A stretch of DNA of 63,728 nucleotides, filler included, from Phoronis australis (Eukaryota > Animalia > Phoronida): the NCBI GenBank assembly GCA_002633005.1. It is 9 parts of 9 records of this genome, joined end to end, with 100 filler letters (N's around TTAATTAATTAA, not from the genome) between each part and the next. Parts side by side here need not be neighbours in the genome. Positions count along the whole stretch, not along the records: positions 31,540 to 40,431 come from NMRA01000517.1; positions 40,532 to 49,511 come from NMRA01001464.1; positions 49,612 to 52,410 come from NMRA01003415.1; 6 more parts are not named here. One strand, 5' to 3'. A program made the translations under genes and the position numbers. Shown piece after piece: positions 36,541 to 50,242 of this stretch (position 1 is its first letter; every line of letters starts with the position of its first letter). The notes below the pieces were generated by a model that ran no database searches, was not told where the DNA came from, and worked only from the letters and a program-made list of their open reading frames with translations.

Positions 36541-39500
36541 ATGGCTGAAGCCGAAAGAGAGAGTGTGATGGAGAGTGTGAAAAATGACCTGTTTGGGGAC
36601 GAGGAATCGTCAAAAAACATGAAGGAGGTTTACTCTAGCAAAGCACTTGCACAACTGAAATTAAAGCAAATGCAGCAGCTTCATGAAATAGAGAGAGAGC
36701 GTGAAGCACTGAAACAGATGGAGGCAGAGTCTGAATTACGTAGGCGTGAGGAAATGCTTCGCATGGAAATGCAGCTTAAAGAAGCCACGTTGGCCGCCGA
36801 TGATGAAGTCTCGCCAATGAATACTCCGTTTGCCGCCGGTGCTAAGCATACTAGCACTCCCAGACCCCGTGCAGAGCCGAATGCTGGTGCAGCGCGGCTC
36901 CCTAGTTTCCCGCAAGAGTCGCCGTGGTCGTATCCTGGTTTACCGGAAGTTATGAAGCAGCTCGCGGAAACTTTGAGGGAAGGGTTTGAAATGCCGAAAA
37001 AAGAACTGCTTACATTTGATGGCAATCCAACTGAGTATTGGTCGTTTATTCGAAATTTCGAGGCTAATACTGAATCTAGAGTTAGTGATAGTCAGTCTAA
37101 GCTAATGTATCTTTTACAACAGTGTAAAGGGAAAGCTAGACAGTGTATTGAAAACTGCTCTATTTTTGGTAACTCAGAGCTAGCCTACAGAAAAGCAAAA
37201 GCGATGTTGTATGATAATTTTGGTCATAAACATGTTATAGCTCATGCGTTTATTAAACAGGTGACCCAAGGTCCAGTCATTGATGGTTCTAACAGTGTGG
37301 CTCTCTCAAACTTAGCTGTGCTCATGAGGAGAGGCATGCTCACTCTGAAACAAATGAATTATGAGTCAGATTTGAATTGCTCAGACACTTTGATCAAAAT
37401 TGTGAAGCGTTTGCCATTTCATATGCAAGCTAAGTGGGCAGAGCATGCTAGTGGTATCATGGATAAACAAGGTGTAGAGCCAAAGTTCTCACATTTAACT
37501 GATCTCATTGAGTCAAAGGCTAGAGTAGCTAAAACTCTGTATGGACAGATTGTTGGTTCAAAATCTAAGTATAGATCTGANTAAGTGTGAAATATTGTAG
37601 TTATATATTCTCACAATAAACCTATGTATTATTCACCAACTTTTAGTTTTCAATATCAGCCTCAGTCCGCACCGGGCTCGTAAAATCGGGGCGCCTTGGT
37701 CGTAGATACCGCCCCCGTTACATAAGTATAGATCTGAAAAGCAAGTTGCTAAAACTCAGTCACGTGGTGATAAAGTGTCTTTTGCCACACAGTCGCAGGG
37801 TAATGCTGTAGATAAGAAATTCTGTTCCTTGTGTAAGACAACCGGTCATGATCTATTGACTTGCTCTAGGTTTGTTCATGACTCTCTTGAGGGTAGGAAA
37901 AAAACCATTCGTCAGGCAAGAAGATGTTTTGTTTGTCTGAAACAGGGTCACATCTCTAAGTATTGCAGAGTCAAGGTGATTTGCAGTGTTGATGGTTGCG
38001 GTAAACGACATCACTCCTTGATGCATGATCCTGGTTTCACACGGACAGAACCTCCTGCTAACGAAAGTGTTTCAAATGCTGGAAGTAAGGCTACTGAGTG
38101 TAAGGTAGATGGTAATTCTAATGCTTGTAACTCAGTTCGCAGTAGCTGTAATGTGAAACTTAAATGTTTACCAGTTGTTGTTAAGTCGAGAAAAAGTNGG
38201 TGGTTTGCAGTGTTGATGGTTGCGGTAAACGACATCACTCCTTGATGCATGATCCTGGTTTCACACGGACAGAACTTATGCTGACGAAAGTGTTTCAAAT
38301 GCTGAAAGTAAAGCTACTGAGTGTAAGGTAGATGGTAATTCTAGTGCTTGTAACTCAGTTCGCAGCAACTGTAAGGTGAAACTCAAATGTTTACCAGTTG
38401 TTGTTAAGTCGAGAAAAAGTAAAAATGAAGTTTTAACATATGCTTTGTTGGATGATGGATCAGATGTTTCATTGTGTAGTCGTAAGTTAGTAGATCAGCT
38501 AGGAGTTGATGCTGTTCCAAAAGAATACACATTAACGACGGTTAATAATACTGTTAAGCGTAAAGGGTTTGAACTTAATCTGATCGTTGGTTCAATAATT
38601 ACGGATGATAGTTTAGTGGTAAACAATGTGCTTTCGATTGATAAGTTGACCATTTCTGATTCTTGAATTCCTACTAGTGATGATGTGAAGGGCTGGAATC
38701 ATCTTCATGGTGTTGACATTCTTGAGTTGCCACAGTCTCATCGTGAAGTAGGTATTATCATTGGTTCTGATGTACCAGAGGCACACTGGATTTTCGAGGN
38801 CTGATCATTGGTTCAATAATTACTGATGATAGTTTAGTGGTAAACAATGTGCTTTCGATTGATAAGTTGACCATTTCGGATTCATGCATTCCTACTAGTG
38901 ATGATGTGAAGGGCTGGAATCATCTTCATGGTGTTGAGATTTCCGAATTGCCACAGTCTCATCGTGAAGTAGGTATTATCATTGGTTCTGATGTACCAGA
39001 GGCACACTGGATTTTCGAGGAGCGCAGAGGTAGACGTAAGCAGCCATATGCGATTCGTACTCTACTTGGTTGGACATTACTGGGACCAGTGATATCTGAG
39101 GGTAATCGCAGTGGGTTTCTCGCTAACTATCTGAGTACGCAGAAAGATGATGTTTTGCAACAGTCAGTTAATAAGATGTTTTCATATGAGTTTTGCAATT
39201 CTCATGATCCGAAGTCTGCGATGTCTATTGAACATAAATCAGCATTGCGTAAGATAGAGAATTCGATTTCTTTGGATAATACACGTCATTATTCTGTTGC
39301 GTTACCTTGGAGAGATGAGAAACCAGATTTACCTAACAATAAGGAACTTGCACAAGCAAGATTGCGTCTTTTGAAGAAAAGATCTCTTAAAGATAACTCG
39401 TTGTTTGAGATGTATAGGAAATCGATTAATGACTATGTTGATAAAGGTCATGCAAAGGTCNATAATACAGGTCATTATTCTGTTGCGTTACCTTGGAGGG

Positions 39501-40431
39501 ATGAGAAACCAGATTTACCTAACAATAAGGAACTTGCATAAGCAAAATTGCGTCTTTTGAAGAAAAGATTTCTTAAAGATAACTCGTTGTTTGAGATGTA
39601 TAGGAAATCGATTAATGACTATGTTGATAAAGGTCATGCAAAGGTCGTTTCAGAGGATGACAGTGTTAATAGTGATTCAGAGCTCAGATGGTATCTCCCC
39701 CATCATCCTGTTATGACAGCTAAGAAACCTGGAAAGGTCAGGGTCGTATTTGATTGCTCAGCTAAGTATAAGGGTGTCTGTCTGAATGATGTATTATTAC
39801 AGGTCCAGATATGACTAATGACCTTGTGGGTGTTTTGATGCGTTTTAGGCAGGATCACGTGGCTTTGGTTGCTGACATAGAGGCAATGTTTCATCAAGTT
39901 CGGGTGAGAACTGATGACAGTAATGCGTTACGCTTCTTGTGGTGGCCTAATGATGATTTGTCTCAAGATCCGGTAGACTACCAGATGTTAGTCCACATAT
40001 TTGGCGCAACGTCTTCTCCATGCGTTGCCAGCTATTGTGTTAAGCACACAGTTGAGGATTTCGGAGGCGAGTATGATGATTTGACATGCTCTACTGTTAG
40101 TAATAATTTCTATGTCGATGATTTGTTGAAATCTGTTGATTCGGAGTCTAGAGCTTTACAATTAGTTGAACAGCTGCGTGATATGATGTCGAGAGCTGGA
40201 TTTCATCTCACTAAGTGGATTAGTAACAGTCGCAATGTTCTTGCTCACATTCCTGATAGTGAGAGGGCTCCGTCAGTTGTAGATTTAAATCTTGATAAAT
40301 TGCCGATTGAATATGCTCTTGGTGTTCAGTGGAATGTTGATAGCGACACATTTAGTTTCCGTGTTGTAGAGAAGTCTATTCCTTCTACAAGAAGAGGTAT
40401 CTTGTCAGTAGTAAGCTCTATGTATGATCCC
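36541..40431 (+). mobile_element. BEL/Pao LTR retrotransposon gag-pol (fragmented, cut by spacer)
   Basis: Gag FDGNPTEYWSFIRNF..KLMYLLQQCKGKA; three Zn knuckles (CSLCKTTGHDLLTC, CFVCLKQGHISKYC, CSVDGCGKRHHSLMH); protease YALLDDGS; RT WYLPHHPV, RVVFDCSA, ADIEAMFHQV, FYVDDLL. Confidence 0.95.
37582..37722 (+). mobile_element. 3' end of an unrelated LTR inserted in BEL gag
   Basis: AATAAA signal, ends ..CCCCGTTACA, after which gag resumes at TAAGTATAGATCTG. Confidence 0.55.
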
Positions 40432-40531
40432 NNNNNNNNNNNNNNNNNNNNNNNNNNNNNNNNNNNNNNNNNNNNTTAATTAATTAANNNNNNNNNNNNN
40501 NNNNNNNNNNNNNNNNNNNNNNNNNNNNNNN

Positions 40532-40833
40532 TTTTTTTTGGAAGAAAAACTTCCATTCACGTCGACGCAAGAACATAACTTTTTCTCCCAAAGCGGATTT
40601 TGTGGTCTTCGTACACTATGGAAGCTAACGCCTCTGCATTTCGCCTGCGTAGCCGAACAACCGGCCACACAGCAACCGACCATGATTAGCAGACGACGTA
40701 CTTGCCGGAAATTACACCGGATAATTGAGCCAGGTGTCGCCAGTGAATAATGACGTAAAGGCTTGTGCGTAAGACCACAGATTTCGTCCATTGAAAGTAA
40801 ACGGAGTTGGCGGTCCATGTACTATAGTCTATG
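40532..40833 (-). mobile_element. End of a THAP-transposase (P-element-like) transposon
   Basis: - strand terminus CATAGACTATAG at 40833, then MVGCCVAGCSATQAKCRGVSFH (THAP start, ATG at 40683); the flank at 40834 matches the uninterrupted site at 45666. Confidence 0.65.
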
Positions 40834-43800
40834 GTTAAATCATTGAACGTTTCGTTTTACTTCAGACAAAAGCAGCTGTGGTCAGACGCATGCAGGGGAG
40901 AGATGGAGAACTTATTAACTGTTATTTGCGGCACAAGCATATTCAATGGGTGTTCATGCCCCTGACATCAGACGAATAGTACATGCTGGCGTTCCAAGAT
41001 GCATGGAAAGTATGTCAATACATAAGATTGTATTAATCAAACAAGACAGCAGCAATTAACATCACAGCTACTTTGTTAGTAACATTTTATAGCAAAACTG
41101 TTAATTATGGTCATCTTTTCGGCAACTTCAAAAAATAATAATTTGCCAAAATTATTTTTCCATTTTTCAAAAGCTCATTACATTGCATGCTCTAAATTTC
41201 AACCTGTTTTTCATGATGATAGCTAATAGATGGTGACATCAACACACAAAGCGATGATTTTTGACATTGACAGCAAGTTAGTGGTGACAGACGCAAACGG
41301 CCAGGCGACTGAACTTCACATATTTTCCTTATACACATTTCAGATACACCCTGTACATCTCAGATGGACATGAGGCATTCAAAACTTTGGCTCAAGAAAA
41401 CAACTGCCTCTTCAACAGCCTATTTATTTTGTTTTTCGAAAGCGACAAGAAGGCATCTTTCCTTCCCTTTGCAACTGCAATCACCAGTGCCATTCGTCTA
41501 AACAAAATGATGTACTTGGTAGGTACAATTCATATAGGGATTGTATTTAACTTTCTCAGCTGAGGCGGGTTTTGTTCTTCTTGGTGTATGAGGGCAACTG
41601 TATTGGTGTATATCTGTAACCTGAAGACATTTGAAGTTGAGAATTGCCCATTGCAACTGCTTAAAATGAACTGTTCACTTTAGCTTATGAGCAGGGACAG
41701 CAAAAGCATCAATGCACAGCCTACATTAAACTGCTCCAGGTTTTCGGATTTTGTCAAACATAAGCTAACTGCAAATCTGAAAGTGTCGCATAACAGTGCA
41801 TGCAGTGCCTGTGATTAATGATGCACACATAAATTTAATGAAGTCACACTGAGTAATATGAGATTTTTTCACACAAAAAAAATTGATTTTCGCATGTTAG
41901 CACGGTAAACGAGGCGACACAGCGCACTACGAATGTTTAGTTAAAAGGTGCCAAATTTTATAGGTGAGGGGGTTGTTAAACCTATATCTATCATACAAAC
42001 GTATATATTTGTGGAACGAAACATCATCTGGGAGATTTTTCCTTTTTTTCGTTGGTCATTCCAATACTTGTTTTTTGTACAAGTTAGCCCATGCCCAGTG
42101 TATCAACGTCCATTCTTTGCCTAAACTGGGTCATTGGATTGGAAATTTTGGAGCAAGATTTTAAGTGTTAAAAATGGAAAAGCAATAACCAGTGTAACCT
42201 ATTCTCTTGTGGTAACACATTCCTAAAGGTACTTGATAAATATCAAGAAAGAGATGAAGCAACTAGTTGTTGCTACGAAAGTACAACAGACGACATTATG
42301 AGTACCATTGAAACTGGCTCCATGTCAAGGCAAAGCCTTGTTCATAGAGTACTCCGAGAGGAGACACTCACGACTGGGGAGCTGCCACTCAGGTACTTGG
42401 ACTGCTTTGCTTTGCGCCTTTATAGAGGCATGGAACGCACAGACCGGAGGGGATGCTAAAGTGACAGTTATTCACTTTGAATAATGAAAGAATTGATTGA
42501 AAATATCGTCAGATTTACTGTTTCTAAAACATATCGTTTGCAGCACCATTATCTCAACGGATCACAGCATTTTTAAGATTGACAGCGAATGTCGAAAGCC
42601 GAAAGAGATGCCAAATTATCCATTCGCCATTATTGCTACCATAAAAAGAGGTTTGATTACAGAAATGACTGTCGTAGAGGATAACTAAACTACCAGCAAT
42701 TTGTTGTATGATATTATTTGTAGTGTTAAATAAAATGCGTTAAATGAAATGTTGACTCTTTTATCCGGGTACAGTTCCATATTATCCACCCTAAAGATAT
42801 ACATGTGCCTAACGGAGTGGTAATGGTTGCTTCTTGAAATTGCCATTGAGATATTGTTAATTACAATGAGATATTATTCCTTGCTATTTGAATTAAGTTT
42901 GGATTGTCGCAAAAAGTAATTTTGTAGGCATAAACATCCAATATGCCTACAATTCTTTCAAGGTGCAGGGGAAAAGGTCACATTTAATAAATAAAACGCT
43001 GTGTCGCTGTGGATGTGAGGATTCCCAACGTTCTAAATAATCTTCCGTTAAGTTAATTTCATATCAAAAATGCACAATGGCTATCACACTGGTATTGTCC
43101 ACAACTGTGGAGAAAGATAATACGGAGTGACAAACAGCTTGACTCTACAGTTATCAGGTAGCAACAAAATTTCATAATCGTTAGGGCTCCTTGTACCCGT
43201 TAGGTCACACCCGCTCTAGTAAGTGTTTGGATGAAGTAATAATTGTCCGTAACTTTGGGGAACAGGGGAGTGAGTGTGAATGGCGACAAAGTTTATGTAA
43301 CATTACAAACAATTTGAAGCCAGTGAAATCACGGAAAAATATAAACCATGTATAACATGTGAGCACCCAAGTGCATTCAATCATCAATGTATTTTGCAGG
43401 CTATGCCACATAGTACCTTGTATGTCACGCGGAAGAAACACTCGGAAAAACAGCTGCTAAGCCCAGTCGCTTGGTCACTGCCAGGACTGAACCCAGCGGG
43501 ATTGGATCCAATATGACGACTGTGGGATGTGGTTACACCAATACTGCCTGAGCGTGAATCCCACCGAACAATGCGAGGCTGCACACGTGCACTACGGGTG
43601 CAAGAGCGTCCACCCCTTCATGTAGCTTCAGTAAAAAAATCACGTGCTTTGGGGCAAGAAAGAAATGATTACTACAGGTGAATTGAGTAAGTGATGTGCA
43701 ATATTAAATGGGTTTTTGTAAGGGATGCTGGCTTATAACGTTACACAGAAAAAACGGACGGAAAGTTTACTTAACCGATGCATATTCATAAATATTAACC

Positions 43801-46800
43801 TTCAGGACTTTAATGAGGGTGCTGTCCTTGATGGGTTTACTTCGTGCAGCACGAAGTTATAGAGACCTGCGACGCGTGGCACGGCACCTGGAAGTCCACC
43901 TACCAAGCTGTCGCGCATTAAGAAGGTGTTCAGCGCAATTCTAGCACCTAAGCTCCTGGAATTTGGTAGCCCGTGAGCAATTTTTTTCAGGTGTATTACT
44001 AGTAAATACGATTAATTACGTTTTAAATGGTGTAAATACATGTGTTGCTGAGTGGACTTAAAGCGTTGTCGAGGTCTTTGCACACAAAGTTTTCTCTATA
44101 TAGCCTTAATAACCTCAGAAAGACCCAATACCCTTTTTTGCGGCCTGGTCAGTTTCAGAGTTTGATATCTGTAGCCAAGAAGGACACTTAAGCTGTATTG
44201 CCAACAGACTACGGCAAGTAATAAATCTTTGAATGTTTGCCACACTATCTTGACGAGATTGGGCGTGGCAATTGTTGTGTCATCCTGTTGAGTCCCCTGA
44301 CTGCTATCATTGAAGAACAGGAGCAAAGGCTGGGCGACTTGTGCGTGCGCATAGGGAAAGGTATGGGTGAAAAGTTAAAGCTGGCGAGTCCATCTTTTGT
44401 GTTAGGTCACCCTGTAGACATTTTGCATGACTCGGTCATGAGCATGTTCTTATGTGAGGTATGGCAAAACAAGGATTTGACCATTGTGGTTGAAGAAGCA
44501 CACTGCGTTGTCCAGTGGGGCGATGACTTTCGCACGGATTACGCCCGTATTAAGGACTTGCGAGCCATTTTTCCCCCAAGCAAAAGTATTGGCTCTGACT
44601 GCCACGGCTTGCAAAACCATGTACGAAGACATCCAGATTGGACTGGTTATGTATGACACTGTTGTTGTCTGCAAGTCTGTTGACAGAAACAATATCGAAC
44701 TTGTGGTTGAGAGGAGACCGCCCATGCACTAGTGGTAGAAACACGGTGCAGTCCAGCTATGACTACATTTTGTAGCCATTACCTGATGAACTCAAATTGA
44801 AAGGACACGACTTTCCCAAAACTGTTGGGTACAGTACCCTCAAATGGTGTGGGTATGGCCAGGAACTGGCTTTACGGTGAGATTTGAGGGGTCAGCCATT
44901 TCCAGTCACCTATGGTCAAGATGCCCAGTTTCATGCTCCGATGCACCACCAGGTTAGTTCAATTGAGCATTTCCGAGTATTTTTTTGTTTCCATACAGCT
45001 TGCATTTAGTTGCATACACCTATATTCAAAGCTGTGCCTATGTCCAGAATTACATGCAAGCGCCTTTACACGAAGCATTTGAGTTAACAGTTCGAAGGTG
45101 ATGCTTTAGACATAGGTGCAACCTATCCTACAACTTGTAAGGCATCTGATTACATAAAATTTCAAAAGCGAGCCTATCAGATAGACTTATTTGATTGAAG
45201 GTCCCCGAAAATGTGCGATCAGTCGAGCAAATTTGTATAAAAATGCTTTACACAGGGTCATGTGCTTATGCTGAGACATACGTGGACACCCACAAGCATA
45301 CTGCGCATGCACCTATGTCTGGCACACATGAGTAAACATTTTTGTTCAACAAAATGTATTATTTTTCATATAGGCACATGCACCTAAATGTGAGCATACA
45401 CGGCATATATTAGATCAACACTTAAATAATTAGACCCTTGAAATACTACCACCTGCCCTCAGCTACCGCCCTCAATTGTCAAACGATTTTCAATGTAAAC
45501 TGACCTTTCGGAGGTCACGACTGAAAATTTTGTGACGTGTATTAAACAACCGCCTCAGCGCTTAGACTGCAATGATTCTGTTCGAAATGTTTTTTGTAAC
45601 CTCCTAGCTGTCTAGTAATTTGCATTTATAGTCATTCCTTGCAATTACATTTTGATTGAGTGTTTGTTAAATCATTGAATGTTTCGTTTTATTTCAGACA
45701 AAAGCAGCTGTGGTCAGACGCATGCAGAGGAGAGATGGAGAACTGCTCAACTGTTGTTTGCAGCACAAGCATATTCAATGGGTGTTCATGCCCCTGACAT
45801 CAGACGAATAGTACATGCTGGCGTTCCAAGATGCATGGAAAGTATGTCAATACATAAGATTGTATTAATCAAACAAGACAGCAGCAATTAACATCACAGC
45901 TTCTTTGTTAGTAGCATTTTATAGCAAGACTGTTAATTATGGTCATCTTTTCGGCAACTTCAAAAAATAATAATTTGTCAAAATTGTTTTTCCATTTTTC
46001 AAACGCTCATTACATTGTATGCTCAAAATTTCGGCTTGTTTTTCATGATGATAGCTAATAGATGGTGACAGCAATGCACAAAGCGATGATTTTTGACATT
46101 GACAGCAAGTTTGTGGTGACAGACGTAAACGGCCAGGCGACTGAACTTCTGGCTAGGTGACTAGATTTTCTGGCTCTGGTGAGCAGGGTTTTGAAACCTG
46201 GGTACATCTCTGTAATAGACGATAGACATTAATGTTGCACTTTTATTTCCTAATGTTCACATATTTTCCTTGAACACATTTCAGATACACCCTGTACATC
46301 CCAGACGGACATGAGGCATTCAAAACTTTGGCTCAAGAAAACAACTGCCTCTTCAACAGCCTATATATTTTGTTTTTCGAAAGCGACAAGAAGGCATCTT
46401 TCTTTCCCTTTGCAACTGCAATCACCAGCGCCATTCCTCTAAACAAAATGATGCACTTGGTAGGTAGAATTCATATAGGGATTGGTTTTAACTTTTTCAG
46501 CTGAGACGGGTTTTGTTCTTCTTGGTGTATGAGGGCAACTGTATTTGTGTATATCTGTAACCTGAAGACATTTGAACTTAAGATTTGCCCAGAGCAACTG
46601 CTTAAAATGAACTGTTCACTTTAGCTTATGAGCAGGGACAGCAAAAGCATCAATGCACAGCCTACATTAAACTGCTCCAGGTTTTCGGATTTTGTCAAAC
46701 ATAAGCTAACTGCAAAACTGATGTCGCATAACAGTGCATGCAGTGCCTGTGATTAATGATGCACACATAAATTTAATGAAGTCACACTGAGTAATATGAG

Positions 46801-48578
46801 ATTTTTTCACACAGTTAAGAAAAAAAATCGATTTTCGCATGTTAGCATGGTAAATGAGGCGACATAGCGCACTACGAATGTTTAGTTAAAAGGTGCCAAA
46901 TTTTATAGGTGAGGGGGTTGTTAAACCTATATCTATCATACAAACGTATATATTTGTGGAACGAAACATCATCTGGGAGATTTTTCCTTTTTTTCGTTGG
47001 TCATTCCAATACCTGTTTTTTGTACAAGTTAGCCCGTGCCCAGTGTATCAACGTCCATTCTTTACCTAAACTGGGTCATTGGATTAGAAATTTTGGAGCA
47101 AGATTTTAAGTGTTAAAAATGGAAAAGCAATAACCAGTGTAACCTATTCTCTTGTGGTAACACATTCCTAAAGGTACTTGATAAATATCAAGAAAGAGAT
47201 GAAGCAACAAGTTGTTGCTACGAAAGTACAACAGACGACATTATGAGTACCATTGAAACTGGCTCCATGTCAAGGCAAAGCCTTGTTCATAGAGTACTCC
47301 GAGAGGAGACACTCAAGACTGGGGAGCTGCCACTCAGGTACTTGGACTGCTTTGCTTTGCGACTTTATAGAGGCATGGAACGCACAGACCGGTGGGGATG
47401 CTAAAGTGACAGTTATTCACTTTGAATAATGAAAGAATTTATTGAAAATATCGTCAGATTTACTGTTTCTAAAACATATCGTTTGCAGCACCATTATCTC
47501 AACGGATCACAGCATTTTTAAGATTGACAGCGAATGTCGAAAGCCGAAAGAGATGCCAAATTATCCATTCGCCATTATTGCTACCATAAAAAGAGGTTTG
47601 ATTACAGAAATGACTGTCGTAGAGGATAACTAAACTACCAGCAATTTGTTGTATGATATTAGTTGTAGTGTTAAATAAAATGCGTTAAATGAAATGTTGA
47701 CTCTTTCATCCGGGTACAGTTCCATATTATCCACCCTAAAGATATACATGTGCCCAACGGAGTGGTAATGGTTGCTTCTTGAAATTGCCATTGAGATATT
47801 GTTAATTACAATGAGATATTATTCCTTGCTATTTGAATTAAGTTTGGATTGTCGCAAAAAGTAATTTTGTAGGCATAAACATCCAATATGCCTACAATTC
47901 TTTCAAGGTGCAGGGGAAAAGGTCACATTTAATAAATAAAACGCTGTGTCGTTGTGGATGTGAGGATTCCCAACGTTCTAAATAATCTTCCGTTAAGTTA
48001 ATTTCATATCAAAAATGCACAATGGCTATCACACTGGTATTGTCCACAACTGTGGAGAAAGATAATACGGAGTGACAAACAGCTTGACTCTACAGTTATC
48101 AGGTAGCAACAAAATTTCATAATCGTTAGGGCTCCTTGTACCCGTTAGGTCACACCCGCTCTAGTAAGTGTTTGGATGAAGTAATAATTGTCCGTAACTT
48201 TGGGGAACAGGGGAGTGAGTGTGAATGGCGACAAAGTTTATGTAACATTACAAACAATTTGAAGCCAGTGAAATCACGGAAAAATATAAACCATGTATAA
48301 CATGTGAGCACCCAAGTGCATTCAATCATCAATGTATTTTGCAGGCTATGCCACATTGTACCTTGTATGTCACGCGGAAGAAACACTCGGAAAAACAGCT
48401 GCTAAGCCCAGTCGCTTGGTCACTGCCAGGACTGAACCCAGCGGGATTGGATCCAATATGACGACTGTGGGATGTGGTTACACCAATACTGCCTGAGCGT
48501 GAATCCCACCGAACAATGCGAGGCTGCACACGTGCACTGCGGGTGCAAGAGCGTCCACTCCTTGGTGTGGCTTCAGTA
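40834..48578 (+). repeat. ~4.9-kb-period tandem duplication (40834-43633 matches 45666-48578)
   Basis: Near-identical ORF pairs 41964/46909, 42497/47442, 43205/48150; ~110-bp indel at ~46148-46255. Confidence 0.92.
44140..45841 (+). pseudogene. RecQ-like SF2 helicase pseudogene, probably transposon-borne (Academ-type)
   Basis: RPGQ, AVLPTDYGK** (motif I), LSPLTAIIEEQ (Ia), VEEAHCVVQWGDDFR..Y (II), ALTATA (III), DRNNI; second exon 45698-45841 LLFAAQAYSMGVHAPDIRRIVHAG (V), duplicated at 40866-41009. Contains stops and frameshifts. Confidence 0.85.
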
Positions 48579-48959
48579 AGAGACTTCTCTAAGCATTAAA
48601 TGGAAAATGTCAAATGCAGTTTCATAATTGTATGTTTGATAACACTGCATACACCTTGATGCAATAGTATGTTTCATTCGAATACACGCACCCCAAAAAG
48701 TCAATGTACTCGAGTTACGCTTGGATAACTGTTGTTAAAGAAAAGCACGAACACCTTTAAGCTGAAGTTTCCTTCAGCTTGGCTTCGTCGGGATATTTGG
48801 TTGTCGATCCTATTAGGGATAAAATTTTTCTAAGCTGTTGCATCCTGTTGATATTTAATGTCTACCTTTCATCAAGTTAAATTGCGTTTTGTTGGGTTGT
48901 TTCAAGAAACCTCAGACCAAAAGGGAATTAACAAAGATACTTAACAAGAACACAAGTGG

Positions 48960-49330
48960 CATTCGAAATCACGAGATTTCAATACACAAAGGGTACCCTC
49001 CTGGAGGATGGGTGCGTATCTCTCGGGATCTTGTGCTCAGCCCCAGGTGATTAAAAGCCCTGAGTTAAACGGGATGGGGTACTTGCCTTCAAATATGGTA
49101 AGTTTACACTGCACATGTCCTCCTTCTCACCTCGCCGGACCTACCACTTTCTGGAGCGTCTCTCCCCCACAGTTCTGAGCCGCCGTTTGTCGGGTTGCTG
49201 GCTTCCCATTTGGCGGACCAATCCGAGGAACAAGCGCCACCAGTATCGGACGCTATTGCGTCCCTCGTCAACTCCCTGTGGGAGCGGGGTAAGTCCTTCG
49301 ACATAAAGTAGGCGCATGATAAACATCCCC
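48960..49330 (-). pseudogene. Possible Academ-type transposase N-terminal remnant
   Basis: TLQKVVG..GG..LTIFE / AFNHLGLS / PPGGYPLC resemble the recalled Academ motifs LQxxxG, LNxLGxxxS and GYxxxxDN. Weak. Confidence 0.3.
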
Positions 49331-49611
49331 GGCCCGACAACATCACAGTCCACAAGACTGAATTGAACGAGGAAATCGCAGACGTAGTGCAAAACCACAA
49401 AACTGTGAAATTCAAAGAGGGCCAGTTGAAGTCTGCACAATAGCGGAGTTGCAACTGAATCGATTTAACGATTGCGCATGTCCGGAAATTAGGGTGCGCA
49501 AAGGCTACTGGNNNNNNNNNNNNNNNNNNNNNNNNNNNNNNNNNNNNNNNNNNNNTTAATTAATTAANNNNNNNNNNNNNNNNNNNNNNNNNNNNNNNNN
49601 NNNNNNNNNNN

Positions 49612-50010
49612 AGCAGTTCCTAGCCACATTTTGACATTAGTACAGCTGATGTGCATTTTGGTTCCAATTTGACTACTGCAGGGACCCCTAGCAGCAATTT
49701 TGTATTGCTTTGCTTTTGTCTGGATGTTCATGAAATTTGGCAAATAGGTTACCATCATGTAGACGACAGGACAAGCCACACATGAATTTGACCTTTTCTG
49801 TGCCCCTTAGTGGATCTTCAATAGTTTTTGTGTCTGTTCCCTGTTGCCCGCCTATAAATACTTCAAACTGAATTAACAATTACGATGAAAGGCGTCAGGT
49901 GCGTTCCCATTGATTGCACCACTTAGTTTCAAACAATGATCATCCCTTGTATCTGTGCTGTATTCAGTACTCACGGTGGGCGCATATCACTGCTCCGCAT
50001 TGCTCTTGTT
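49612..50010 (+). mobile_element. HINE-family 3' fragment in a creatine kinase intron (another at ~53280-53558)
   Basis: TTCATGAAATTTGG and CCCCTTAGTGG cores; 3' end GTGGGCGCAT..GCATTGCTCTTGTT as at 18511-18544. Confidence 0.65.
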
Positions 50011-50086
50011 AAGAAAATTTTTTCAGAGGGGGATTTTGACGCAAAATTGAGGCACCGAAGGCATTGTAAATTAGCAGCTGGTTCAC

Positions 50087-50242
50087 CTTTAAGGTTGGCC
50101 GGGTTGAGGTCAGTCTTGTGCTTGGCATCCTTAGCATAGCCACCATGACGCTTGTCAATGATGGGATCAAACAGAGCGCCGAAAGTGTCGTACGATTCCT
50201 CGTCACCAGCAACCGCACCCACGGTCATGATGAAGGGGTGTC
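50087..50242 (-). CDS. CK: Creatine kinase coding exon 2, (G)[28 protein letters not shown]
   Basis: cggcAG acceptor, G|GTGAAC donor; CK-type GS loop HPFI. Confidence 0.92.

Noticed and set aside
41964-48529. Near-identical ORF pairs as conserved genes
   Set aside because: Identity reflects the recent DNA duplication; no recognisable domains.
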